From the human T2T-CHM13v2.0 reference genome, Homo sapiens, in assembly GCF_009914755.1 (NCBI RefSeq), contig NC_060927.1: a stretch of DNA of 64,000 bases; one strand, 5' to 3'. The translations under genes and the position numbers were made by a program. Below the pieces are notes generated by a model. The model worked only from the letters and a program-made list of their open reading frames with translations. It was not told the DNA's origin and did no database searches. Of this stretch, positions 36,236 through 63,043 are shown piece by piece (position 1 is the first letter of the stretch; each line of letters begins with the position of its first letter).

Positions 36236-37297
36236 TAGAAAGGTTAAAGAAGTTGCCCAAGTTTACATAGACAGAAACACGCAATTAGAATTTGATACAG
36301 TGTGATTCAGGCACCAGGAACTCTCCCAGACAATGGACAATAGATTTCTTAGCCATCTGTCATGTGACAGTGCTTCATCTGTGAACACATGAGATTTTTA
36401 ACTGTAACTAGCAGCACATGGCATAAACTAAGGCATTGTTTTCCCAACAGTTAATTTAGGCTATAAGAATAAAATAGAACACAGCCTAAAATGTTCAACT
36501 TTTATACCTTGGCACTATAAGAATTTCTACACACTTGCAGGCCCGGCACAGTGGCCCACGCCTGTAATCCCAGCGCTTCAGGAGGCCAAGGCGGGCGGAT
36601 CACAAGGTCAGGAGATCAAGACCATCCTGGCTAACACGGTGAAACCCTGTCTCTACTAAAAATACAAAAAATTAGCCGGGTGTGGTGGCGGGCACCTGTA
36701 GTCCCAGCTACTCAGGAGGCTGAGGCAGGAGAATGGCGTGAATCCGGGAGGCAGAGCTTGCAGTGAGCCAAGATTGTGCCACTGCACTCCAGCCTGGGAG
36801 ACAGTGCGAGAGACTCCATCTCAAAAAAAAAAAAAAACAAAACAAAACAAAAACAAAACAAAAAAAATTTTCTGCACACTTGCCAGTTTGTACTGTCTCT
36901 GCTAAAGAATAGGGGCTGACTACCTCTCAGTGCCCCAAATAAGACAGGAAAAATTGTAACCTGATATAATCATGGTCAACTAAGCTTCATGATAAAAGAG
37001 AGAGGCAGGTACCTCAAAGGAGAGAACCATGTCAAACTCATGTTTGACTATGTATAAAACATTTCTTTTCTGCCTAAGATTGAGGAGGCAGACAGTAGTG
37101 TCTCAAACTACCACCTGGACCTTTAAACCAATTTAACAATTATGAAGAGAAATCTTGCCAAAGAGCCAAAAAACAGTACAGGTAATATTTAACTATTCAT
37201 GTTATCTTGATTAGAAAATAAAGGGACTCCCCTGAAAAACTCTTCTGACCTATGTTTGTCATTTCCTGACACATAAAAAGGATCTATTGTTACGTGG

Positions 37298-37312
37298 GGC
37301 AGCAGGGGGCAC
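37298..37312 (+). promoter_or_regulatory. Candidate intronic CTCF site
   Basis: GGCAGCAGGGGGCAC, one mismatch to the CTCF core CCASYAGRKGGCRS, in apparently non-repeat sequence. Confidence 0.4.
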
Positions 37313-37559
37313 ACTGACAGGGAGAAGGGCATCTCCTTTTACTTTTGTATTTTTTATGCTTCCCACCTCCTCCCACCCACATTTCATTAACCCTATTGGT
37401 TTGTTTTGTTGCTTTAGGGGTGTTTTTTGTTTTGTTTTTAATCTCTCTCAACAGAATAGAAGCTTTTTAAGAGAAGAACCTACATATTTATCAATTTTGT
37501 ATACCACTGCCACACATATAATAAGTACTCACAAAATATTTGCTGAATCTTAACTGAAG

Positions 37560-41640
<4,081 letters not shown>

Positions 41641-42218
41641 ATTTTTCTAAAAATAAAAAAAAGACTCTAAACTGTATTCCCATCTTAAAAATGAGAAAAT
41701 CGAGGACTCCAGAAAGTAATGTCCTACCCAAGATAATTATTACATAATGGAATAGGGAAGAAAATCAAATCTCCCTAAAATAAACTTCAAAATGCAAAGT
41801 ATTTCAACATGCAGAAATGAGGCTGAGAGAAAAATGGCCTTTTAAGAAATTTAGAGACTGGGTTCTGAAACAGCCTAAGTTCAAATTCTGGCTCTATCAT
41901 TTACTAGCTGTTTGGCCTTGGGACAATTAATTTCAAACACTACACACTGGGTGAGGCTCGGTGGCTCACAACTATAATCCCAGCATTTTGGGAAGCCAAG
42001 GCTGGGGGACTGTTGAGCCCAGGAGTTCAAGACCAACCTTGGCAACATGGTGAGACCCTGTCTCTACGAAAAAACGTATTTTAATTAGCTGGGCCTGGTG
42101 GCACACACCTGTGGTCCCAGGTACTCCCAGCTAGTTGGGAGGATGAGGTGAGAGGTTGAGGCTGCAGTGAGCCGTGATCACGTCACAGCACTCCAGCATG
42201 GGGCAACAGACTCCGTCA

Positions 42219-42536
<318 letters not shown>

Positions 42537-44137
42537 TCAAAAAAAATAATAATTATATACATATATACACACACACACATACACACATATATATTACACA
42601 GGATACTGTGCCTTATAAACACTGCCACTTACTAAACCTTATGACGCCAACAATAAATGCAACGGGATAGATACAGAGGATAAAGATTGGCTGAAGTTAT
42701 CTGTAAAGATTTCACACAGATTCCACATCTTACTCTGCGTTTGCTTTTTCTTTTCTTTGTGAACTATATCAATTATACAGTACATTATGTAAAATTCTAA
42801 ATAACAGTTTAAAGAATTTTAAAGCACGGTGGCAGGCACCTGTAATCTCAGCTACTCGGGAGGCTGAGGCACAAGAATCGCTTGAGGCGGAGGTTTCAGT
42901 GAGCCAAGATCACACCACTGCACTCCAGCCCGGGCAACAAAGCGAGATTCCATCTCAAAAAAAAGAGAGAATTTTAACGCAAACACTCCATGTAATTATT
43001 ACTAAGGTCAAGAAATAGACTACTACAAAAGCTTCTCCATAATATGTCCCTCCCTAATTACAAACTTGGGAAATTTAATCCAAGCCTCAGTTCCTCACCA
43101 GTAAAAGGGGGATAACACCAACATAACAATAACTACCCCACAGGGTTATTGTAAAATGTTTATTGGCATATAGTAAATGCTCAATGTTCTTTTTTGCTTT
43201 TGTTCTTTTTTTGAGACAGAGTCTCACTTTGTCACCCAGGCTGGAGTGTAGTGGCGCAATCTCAGCTCACTACAACCTTGACCTCCTGGGCTCAAACTAT
43301 CCTCTGCCTCAGCCCCCCAAGTAGCTGGGACTACAGGTGCGCACTACCACACCTAACTAATTTTTTGTATTTTTTGTAGACACAGGGTTTCACTATGTTG
43401 CCCAGGCTTGTCTGAAACTCCTGAACTCAAGTGATCGCCCGCCCCAGCCTCCAAAAGGGCTAGGATTACAGGTGGAAGCCACTATGCCTAGCCAAGCGTT
43501 TTCTTACACACACACATATTCACCAGAACAAAGACGTGGGGAAAGACAGGATACGAGTATGTAATCTAATTTGGTGATAACATATAACCATAGAGAAGTA
43601 CAATGAAGAGATAAAGCTGGAAAGCTAGGTTGTAGCCATGTAAGAAACAAAAGAAAAACTTAAGCAAATAACAAAAGGGAAACTGAGAAAATTCACTAGA
43701 CAGTTTTGGAAGACAACTCTCCATGGAGTCTCTTGATTTTCTGCCTGTCTTGAGAAGAGAAGCACTGGAAGCCTTTGTTCCAATCTTTTCAGGATAGTTA
43801 TATAGTGAAGGGTCCTGGAAGAAAGACATGTCCCAGAGCAAAAAGCGTATTTATGACCCATTATAAAAGATCTGAGTTTCTCTAAGCTTGGGATTTCACT
43901 ACTTGTGCAGGTTTCACCTGGACCTCTTCCCAATGACCTATGCAAACTGGAGCTCAGAAATCTGATGCAAATGCTGACTGTCTGGCTACTGACACAGTGC
44001 ATCGTTCTTCATCTATGACCAAGTCATTTCAATGACTTCTACCATAAGCCATTAAACTATGCCAAGTTAACTTGTCAGCCTATAAATAGGGTAAAACTTC
44101 AAACTCTTCATAGTTCTTGACAGACATTAGCATATGA

Positions 44138-46660
<2,523 letters not shown>

Positions 46661-46880
46661 CACTAAAGACATACGGTTTATTTCTGAATTTTGGCTACTG
46701 CAAATAAGGCTACTATGAACATTCTGTTCACACATCCTGGTACAAAAATACAAGGATTTTGGCTGGCCACGTGGCTCACGCCTGTAATCCCAGCACTTTG
46801 GGAGGCTGAGGCAGGCAGATCACCTGAAGTCAGGAGTTCTAGACCAGCCTGACCAACATAGAGAAACCCCGTCTCTACTA

Positions 46881-47066
<186 letters not shown>

Positions 47067-47371
47067 TCATCAGGAATATAAAGACAGGAGTACAACTGCT
47101 GGGGTTAAAATACATGAAGCTTGAATTTACTATCTTACTAACATCTTTCAGAAAATGATTGTATCAATTTACACTGCTGACAAAAGTGAGAATGTAATTT
47201 CTCTACATTCTCACCAATACTTGACATTATCAGACTTTTAATGCTTGTCAATCTGATGGAAGTGAAATGGTTTCTTCTCATGGCTCTACTTTGCACTTTC
47301 CTTTTTACCAATGAGATTACAATTCAATGCTTTTCCCAGTGTTAGCTGCTGTGAGTCGTGACATTTCTTAG

Positions 47372-47626
<255 letters not shown>

Positions 47627-48103
47627 TGATCCACCCGCCTCGGCCTCCCAGAGTGCTAGGATTATAGGTGTGGGCCACTGTGCCCAGCCACAACCAGCAT
47701 TCCTAATAGAAAAGATCAGAAAATATCAGAGTGCACTGCATAAAGATAAAGTATTATTTCATGAAACTTATTTTCATTGTGTGTGGATGTGTGTGTTTGT
47801 ACTAGGCTACAATGTAAAATGTTTTTGTAACTGCTAGCAGAAGCTAGAAAACAAGTTAAAAGCCATTGCTATTATGTTTACAGCAAAATTCCATTGAAAT
47901 TCTTGGACAACTAAATGGTACATCATTTTGGCCCATAGCACAAAGGAATGTATTTCATAAAGAAGGTAAGACATTCTCACATAACCCATAAATACATACA
48001 CCTACTATGGACTCACAAAATTAAAAATAAATAAAAAACAAACGGGGGGCAGGGAAGAAGGCAAGATTTATGACATCCTTCACTACTGACTGGCAAAAAG
48101 GAG

Positions 48104-48439
48104 TAGCCATCCCCAACGTTTTTGGTACCAGGGACCAGGTTCGTGGAAAAAAATTTTTCCACGGATGGGGTGGGGAATCAGAAGGTTTCAGGATAAAACT
48201 GTTCCACCTCAGATCATCATGCATTAGATAAAGCACGCAACGTACATCCCTTGTATGTGCAGTTCACAATAGAATTTGCACTCATATGACAATCTAATGC
48301 TCCCACTGATCTGACAGGAGGTGGATGGAGCACAGGTGATAAAGCTAGCTCACCTGCCTCTCACCTCCTGCTGTGCAGCCCAGTTTCTACCAGGCCAAAG
48401 ACCAGTATGGGTCCACAGCCCAGTGGTTGGGGACCCTTG
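48104..48439. mobile_element. MER1B-like hAT-Charlie element
   Basis: ccccaacgtttttggtaccagggaccaggttcgtggaaaaaaatttttccacgga ... ggttggggacccttg. Confidence 0.85.
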
Positions 48440-48447
48440 ATTTAGAA

Positions 48448-48665
48448 CACAGGTATCCAATCTTTTGGCTTCCCTGGGCCACATTGGAAGAAGAATTGCT
48501 GTAGGCCATACATAAAATACACTAATGATAGCTAATAAGGTAAAAAACAAACAAACAAAACAAACCTCATAATGTTTTTAAAAAGTTTATGAAATTTGTG
48601 TTGAGCCACATTCAAAGCCATTCTGGGCTGCATGCAGCCCATGGGCCACAGGTTGGACAAGCTTG
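48448..48665. mobile_element. MER30 DNA transposon, copy 1
   Basis: ...TCCAATCTTTTGGCTTCCCTGGGCCACATTGGAAGAAG...GGTTGGACAAGCTTG; perfect 8-bp TSD ATTTAGAA (48440-48447, 48666-48673). Confidence 0.9.
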
Positions 48666-49055
48666 ATTTAGAAAAGGAGGAGAAAAATCTGAGGGAAGCA
48701 ATAAGGGGTATGTTATATAAAGAAAAGATTCTATAAAACCAACTGAATTATAAGACACTTTCAGCACTAAAAGGCAGGAAGCTGACTGTCCCCTTAACCA
48801 CCAAAATAACAGAAAACTTCCTACAGACACAATTCTAATTCCTTCAAGAATCACCTCATTCTGTGGCTTATGCAAGAATATCATTTTAGCTCTCTGCTTC
48901 CTAGTTTTTCCCTACCACTCTAGCAAGAATCATCTAAATTCTAAAGATTTATATTTTTATTCAGTCAACAAAAATTTACCAAGCCCCTATTATATCATTT
49001 CTGTGTTAAAATATATCTCCCTAGCAATTTTAATTCCCAGTTATATCCTTTAAAG

Positions 49056-49216
49056 CAAGGGTGTCCAATCTTTTAGCTTCCCTGGGCCACACTGGAAGAA
49101 TTCTCTTGGGTCACCTGTAAAATAAACTAATTATAAATGATGAGCTAAAAAAAAAAACTCACAATGTTTTAAGAAAGTGTATAAAATTGTGTTGGGCCAC
49201 GGGTTGGACAAGCTTG
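49056..49216. mobile_element. MER30 DNA transposon, copy 2 (internally deleted)
   Basis: CAAGGGTGTCCAATC...GGTTGGACAAGCTTG; perfect 8-bp TSD CTTTAAAG (49048-49055, 49217-49224). Confidence 0.9.
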
Positions 49217-49521
49217 CTTTAAAGCTTGATTATCCTTGGCTAACCTGTCTTAATTGCCTCTTCATGAAAATATTTTGCTTCTTGGACTGCTAAACCGTAT
49301 GCCATGACTAAACTTCTGCTGCCTTCTTTGTTCCACCAATAATACCCCTACTCTGAGACTTGCAAATAACTATTCTCTTCATAAGAATTCTCTCCTCAGT
49401 CGGGCGCAGTGGCTCACTTTGGGAGGCCAAGGCAAGCAGACTGCCTGAGGTCAGGAGTTCGAGACCAGCCTGGCCTTAGGCAGGTGCTGAAACCCCGTCT
49501 CTACTAAAAATACAAAAATTA

Positions 49522-50012
<491 letters not shown>

Positions 50013-50676
50013 TCAAAAGCTGCTAGACCAATCACACCACAGCAACTGTCTGACGCAATGATTGTGTGACTCTGCCACTTAAGAGGAGTGTGATCCAAGG
50101 CATTTAAATTCCTTAACTTCGGCCACACACACTGGCTCACGCCTGTAATCCCAGCACCTTGGGAGGCCAAGGCGGGCTGATTACTTGAGGCCAGTAGTTT
50201 GAGACCAGCCTAGGCAACATGGCAAAATCTCATCTCTATACAAAATACAAAAATTAGCCGGGCGTAGTGGCATGCACCTGTAGTCCCAGCTACTCCAGGC
50301 CCCACCTGAGCCTGGGGAGGTTGAGGCTGCAGTGAGTGAACTGTGACTGCACAACTGCACTCCAGCCTGAGTGACAGAGAGAGACCCTGTCTCAAAAAAT
50401 AAAAAATAAATTCCTTAACTTCTCTGAGATTCAATATCATATCAAAAACAGGTAAAACAAAAGGCATCAAAGAATGGCAAGAATTACGTAATTTTTTTTT
50501 TTTTTTTGAGACGGAGTCTCACTCTGTCACCCAGGCTGGAGTGCAGGTGGCACAATCTCGGCTCACTGCAAGCTCCGCCTCCCGGGTTCACACCATTCTC
50601 CTGCCTCAGCCTCCCCGGTAGCTAGGACTACAGGTGCCCGCCACCACACCCAGCTGATTTTTTCTATTTTTAGTAG

Positions 50677-50769
<93 letters not shown>

Positions 50770-50949
50770 TGAGCCACCGCGCCTGGCCAAGAATTATGTA
50801 ATTTTTAAAAAATAAAAATAACTGGCCGGGCACGGTGGCTCATGCCTGTAATCCCAGCACTTTGGGAGGCCAAGGTGGACAGACGGTTTCAGGTCAAGAG
50901 TTTCAGGTCAAGAGACCAGCCTGGCCAACAAGGTGAAACACTGTCTCTA

Positions 50950-51234
<285 letters not shown>

Positions 51235-51748
51235 TGAGTAGTAGGATTACAGGCAAGTGCTACCACGCCTGGCTAATTTTTGTATTTTTAGTATAGACAG
51301 GGTTTCACCATGTCGGCCACGGCCAAGCTGGTCTGAAACTCCTGACCTCAGGTGATCCACCCACCTCGGCCTCCCAAAGTGCTGGGATTACAGGTGTCAG
51401 CCACTGTACCAGGCCAATAATAGTAATTTTTTTAAATTTTTTAAAAAGGTGTTCTTAGTGGCAGAAATGAAAGAAAAAATAATTATACAAACTCCCTTCT
51501 CCCATTGCCTCCCTTCTTTATAACGTTTTAAATTTTCGTTTTTATTTTTAATTTCCTCTCAATGCAATAAAATTATTTCATAGAGGAAGGCATGTAAACT
51601 AAGGTACCAGGAAACGGGAAAGGAAAAAAGGTGAGGAAAAGGCAATATAAGTAAGAGTAAGCTGATCAAGTGGGGTTACTGCTCTGCCTAGGTCCTCTCC
51701 TTGTATGTCCGGAATCTGAAGAGGTAAATGTGAAGATACTTCTTTTCC

Positions 51749-52651
<903 letters not shown>

Positions 52652-54908
52652 CCCCCTAAATAAAGATATAAAGATACAGGACAAAACAACAAATAAAAGG
52701 GGAAACAAGAACGTATCTTTCCCAGAGTACATTATTTCTTCTCACAGCACTGAGATTATGAACATACACAGAGTCAGAATCAAGGAAAAAAAGATTAAAA
52801 CTGTACAAAATTCTGTAAATTTTAAGTTACAGCAATTAAATGTGTGTTTTTCACAGACATCTTGTTACACAATCACCGTAAGATACTATCCCCATTTTAT
52901 TTTATTTTTTTAAAGAGATGGAGTCTTGTATGTTGCCCAGGTAAGCCTCAAACTCCTGGGTTTAAGGGTTCCTCCTGCCTCACTACAGAGTAGCTGGAAC
53001 TACAGGAGTGCACCACTGGGCCCAGCTCCCCATTTTTAGAGATAAAGAAAGTAAGGCTCAAAGGTAACACCCTGAACACCACAAACCCAGGGGACGTTCA
53101 AAGTAACTTCGGTCCAGGACCCACTCCTTCTCCCCTACACCATAGTGCCTTTAAGGCTTTAAAAGAGCCAATCAAATCTACAGTCATTTTATTAGTCTCT
53201 TCAAAGGAGGCAATCCTAGTAACACAACAAACTTCCATATTTTGCATCTATTTAAATATTCCTTAGCCTTATCAGAACATCGAAACTGAAGTGGATACAG
53301 AAAAATTTCCACTCAAAAGCAGTTCGTTTGTGAAAATGACCACTGGTAGATCACTTGAATTAATTTAGTTTACTCGAAGTACGTTTTAAATATGTAAAGG
53401 AAAATGCGTGGCAAAACACCTGTAGATCTTCTACAACTTTATTTGGGTAACAATTTGTCTTATAAGTATTCTTAATCATCAAAAGCAAGGAAATAACATT
53501 TCTGCTTCTTTCCATTCCATATTTCCCTACTTGGTTAAAATTTTTCAGTCTGAATTCCTCATACATTATGAATATTAGAACAAGGTACGTTACATTACCA
53601 TACAATAAACAAGTTATTTTTATTTTCACTCTTCTGTATATTTCCCTAAGTGCTTCACCATCGGAATGTGCAATTTTCTTAAAACACGAGGAAAACTAAA
53701 ATGTAGAGTCATTCAAATTCCAGATAAGTTACAAATCACACAACTTTGTGCCAATTCAGATACTTTCTCAAGTAAACACTATTTTTGCGAAGATGCAAGT
53801 CTTTCTAGTCAGAATCACGAGAATAAACTCTATCCATCTTAACACCAACTTTAACAGCAAATAATTTTTTTTTATGACAAATTGCGTTTTTTTTTTTTGT
53901 TTTTTTTTTGTCTGTAAGTGTCCAAAACTATCCTATGACTTATACTCCCGGAGCACGATTCCCTGCAATGTGAAGAGAATCGACAGATAACATTTCAAAT
54001 GTGGGTAGATGGGGGTGACGTGACAATCCTAAAACCTGAAAATTTCTTAGTACCCATACCATACAAGAAGAACCCAGTTCGGACCCTGCAAACGGGGCTC
54101 AGGTCCAACTCCAAGCACTCTAGTTTCCCACCCCGCCCCCACCTCGAGAAAGGAGGGAAAACAACTTTTATTGGCCTCGTCTCTCAGGGGACTGGCAAAC
54201 TAGCGGGGCAGTGCTTAGGCCTGGACACGTTTCACAAGGAGGCCCCCGTCGGGGGCTGAGAGGGCAGATAGCTGGAAAGCCCAGCATTGATGCATCTCCC
54301 CCAGCCGCCACCCCGCTGCCCCACCCCGCCAACAAGAAGCCTGGGCCAGCCGCCCCGCCGAGCGACCCCCCAGGCCCCTCCGCTGAAATGAACTCGTTGT
54401 CATGTGACGCCGCCGCCGCTAAAACACCGCAGAAACGCAGGTCGGCAGGCGGCGGAAGGCATTCGCGCCAGCCCGCGTCGGCCCGGCCCCGCTGGGCGCG
54501 GGCGACTCCCGAGAGCCCGGGCGGGGGGGGGCGGAGGGCGGGCTTGGCGGCGGGCCCGAGCGCGCCACAAAGGCTTCCGCGCCTGTCGCCGTAGTGCCCG
54601 GGCGGGCGGGGGCAAAATTTTTGGTGCCCGCGGGAGGGGTGGCAAGCGACGAAGACGCCGGGGTGCCCACCGCGCCCACAGACGTCTCTCCGGGCACTCG
54701 GACGGCCCACGACCGCCGCACCCCGCACAGGCCCGCGCGGCCTCCCTCCCCCGCACGGGGCCCGCGCCCGGCCCGCCCGCTCGCCGCTCGCGCTCTCTCG
54801 CTCTCGCCCGGCCTCCATCTTGGATCGGCGCTTCCAGCCCCCGCGCCGCTGCCGCCGCATTCCCCCTCTTTCCCGCCCCCCGCCGCCGTCGCCGCCGCCC
54901 GCACTCAC

Positions 54909-55117
54909 CTCAGCTGCCCATCCGGGCGCCGCCGACCATCGACCTAGTTTCCCCCCAAAAGTCTCCGGTGTGTTATTCCCGATGTGGGGGGGTTGTTACG
55001 GGGTGGTCGCCGGGGGTTCGGGAGCGGGGGCCGCGCCTTCAACGGAGCTGCAATCCTAACCCGCCATCTGGTGGCATTTTCCACACGCCAATGGCGCCGC
55101 TGCAGACTTGGGTCCGG
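54909..55117 (-). other. STAG1: Non-coding exon 1 (5'UTR), probably STAG1 (cohesin subunit SA-1); TSS position approximate
   Basis: Consensus donor CTGAG|GTGAGT at 54909/54908 is seen directly; the exon sequence ...GGAGACTTTTGGGGGGAAACTAGGTCGATGGTCGGCGGCGCCCGGATGGGCAGCTGAG matches my recollection of the STAG1 mRNA leader; gene name is from memory, not from a search. Confidence 0.8.
55061..55076 (-). promoter_or_regulatory. CTCF core motif 1
   Basis: Minus strand TGCCACCAGATGGCGG fits CCASYAGRKGGCR. Confidence 0.7.
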
Positions 55118-55118
55118 A

Positions 55119-55134
55119 CCGCCCTCTGCTGGCC
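55119..55134 (-). promoter_or_regulatory. CTCF core motif 2
   Basis: Minus strand GGCCAGCAGAGGGCGG fits CCASYAGRKGGCR. Confidence 0.7.
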
Positions 55135-55339
55135 GCGGTGCTCACTGCCTTGCTGACGGGACGGGCCTGCCCGGAAAGGGGAGGGAGCTGAGGCGCGAGC
55201 TAGGGGCCGCGGCAGGGGCGCGCGCAAACGCTTTCCAGTGGGGATTGCGCGCACGCGCACCAGCGGGGCGGGAAACGTGGCCGCTGCGTGGCGGCCCCGC
55301 CCCCACACGGAGCGCTCGCGCAGTTCAGCCAATCGCGAG

Positions 55340-58500
<3,161 letters not shown>

Positions 58501-58939
58501 TGTTACAGAATTACACATAAAAGCAGAGGCTGCTTTTAAGAAATTCTTCCCCACCCCCACCCTCCCTGGACAGAGTTTTGATCTTGTTGCCCAGGCTGGA
58601 GTGCAATGGCGCGATCTTGGCTCACCGCGGCCTCCAGGTTCAAGCGATTCTCCTGCCTCAGGCTCCAGACTAGCTGGGATTACAGGCATACTCCACCACG
58701 CCCAACTAATTTTATATTTTTAGTAGAGACGGGGTTTCACCACGTTGCCCGGGCTGGTCTCAACTCCCGACCTCAGGTGATCAGCCCACCTCGGCCTCCC
58801 AAAGTGCTGGGATCACAGGCGTGAGCCACTGCGCCTGGCCAATGAAATTCTTAATCAAGATTCCAATTCTCTTGGCAAGGATTTTCAAACATCACAATTT
58901 TTATTAACAGCTTCAAGTCATACATATGATCAAAATATT

Positions 58940-60242
<1,303 letters not shown>

Positions 60243-60695
60243 ATATGAAAAATAATGTAATTCTTCAGACACATGCCCATCAGAACTTTAATTCAACTCA
60301 ATCTCTTAGCCAACCTGGTCCAAAAGTAGATATTTAATGTTATAAATAGAAAAAAAAATGCATTCTATAGCCTATGAAATGGGAAGACATTGAACAGGGG
60401 TTGCAATAGTTTAAAAGATTTTTATATAGTGTTGTTTTACTGGGAGCTTTAGATTGCTTTTCTTGTTTTCCTTGCAAATATACCAAATTGTGTTTCTGAA
60501 AATGCATTAGTTCTAATTAACATTTATTAACCAATAACATGAAGAACTTTGCTTTATAACCCAAAGAATGAGTTTCTGATTGTGTAGATTGCACAGTTTC
60601 TTTAAAATTTGGGCCAGACTTATGTCTTTTTCTCTCTGGATAATTTTAGCACACAAAAGATTTCAGTTATTCTATTGGCCTTACAGTTAGAGTAA

Positions 60696-61148
<453 letters not shown>

Positions 61149-62334
61149 CTAGAGCAAAGAGAGGTCTTCTGATCAAGCTTCCTCACCCTTCATTTTTACC
61201 ACCTCCACAAACCCTGTGTTTCAGGGATCATGACCACTGTCTCATCTTAATCTCCCCCAAATCAAGTATTCCTTTGCATTTTTCACTTGGTCACAAGGCA
61301 TTTGTTCTTTCTTACGTTGGTAGACCTTTGCAATTATCAGAAATAATTTTCCCTTCTTTTCTACTCTTGCAATTAAGGTGTGCTGCCAATTGGTGGCAGT
61401 AATATGCCATGGTGTCCTCCCTACTGGATTTAAACCATTATTTTTCCTTTTTTTTTTTAATTTTTTTTCTTTTTGGAGACAGAGTCTCACTCTATTGCCC
61501 ATGCTGGAGTGCAATGGCGCGATCTCAGCAAACTGCAACCTCCGCCTCCTGGGTTCAAGCAGTTCTCCTGCTTCAGCCTCCCGAATAGCTGAGATTACAG
61601 GTGACTGCCACCATGCCCGGCTAATTTTTGTATTTTTAGTAGAGACAGGGCTTCACCATGTTGGCCAGGCTGGTCTCAAACTCCTGACCTTAGGTGATCC
61701 GCCTGCCTCGGCCTCCCAAAGTGCTTGAATTACAGGCGTGAGCCACCGCGCCCAGCCTAAAAACACTATTCTTTCTACAACTGAGCAAGCAGCCAGGCCC
61801 AGTGACTCACACCTGTAATCACAGCACTTTAGGAGGTTGAGGCAGTCAGATCTTTTGAGGCCAGAAGTTCAAGACCAATCTGGGCAACATAGGGAGACCC
61901 CATCTGTATAAAAAATAAAAAATTAGCTGGGCAGGATGGCGCACACCTGTAGTCCCAGCTACTTGTGAGACTGAGATGGGAGGATCACTTAAGTGAGCCA
62001 TGATCATGCCACTGCACTCCAGCCTGGGTGACACAGCAAGACCCTTTCTCAGATAGGCAGACAGACAGATGTATAACTAAATCAATAAATTCTGCCCCGT
62101 TCTTGGTAATAAGATGGTAAGAGGGATCCAGAATACCTTCCCTTTCAGAATCAGTAACCTGGTTATAGGCAAAACTCTATTCTCAAAAAGCAGAGGATCG
62201 GAATTGCTCAGATATTTTTTTAAAAAGAAATTTTGGCCAGGCGCGGTGGCTCACGCCTGTAATCCTTACCCAGAACTTTGAGAGGCCAAGGCGGTGCGGA
62301 TCACAAGGTCAGGAGATCGAGACCGTCCTGGCTA

Positions 62335-62562
<228 letters not shown>

Positions 62563-62712
62563 CTAGTGTGGGTAGGAGCTAAGAGTTATTATTATTTAGA
62601 GACTCAAGTGCCAGTAGAACAACCGTTTTCTTAGTCCAAGTTTCTTGATGTCCTTGGGATTCCACTTTATGGCTTATTTCAAAAGACCTGTATGAGGCCT
62701 GGACTACTTTGA

Positions 62713-63043
<331 letters not shown>

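Noticed and set aside
43566-44002. 125-aa and 91-aa ORFs in apparently non-Alu sequence
   Set aside because: No recognisable homology or exon structure; lengths are within chance expectation
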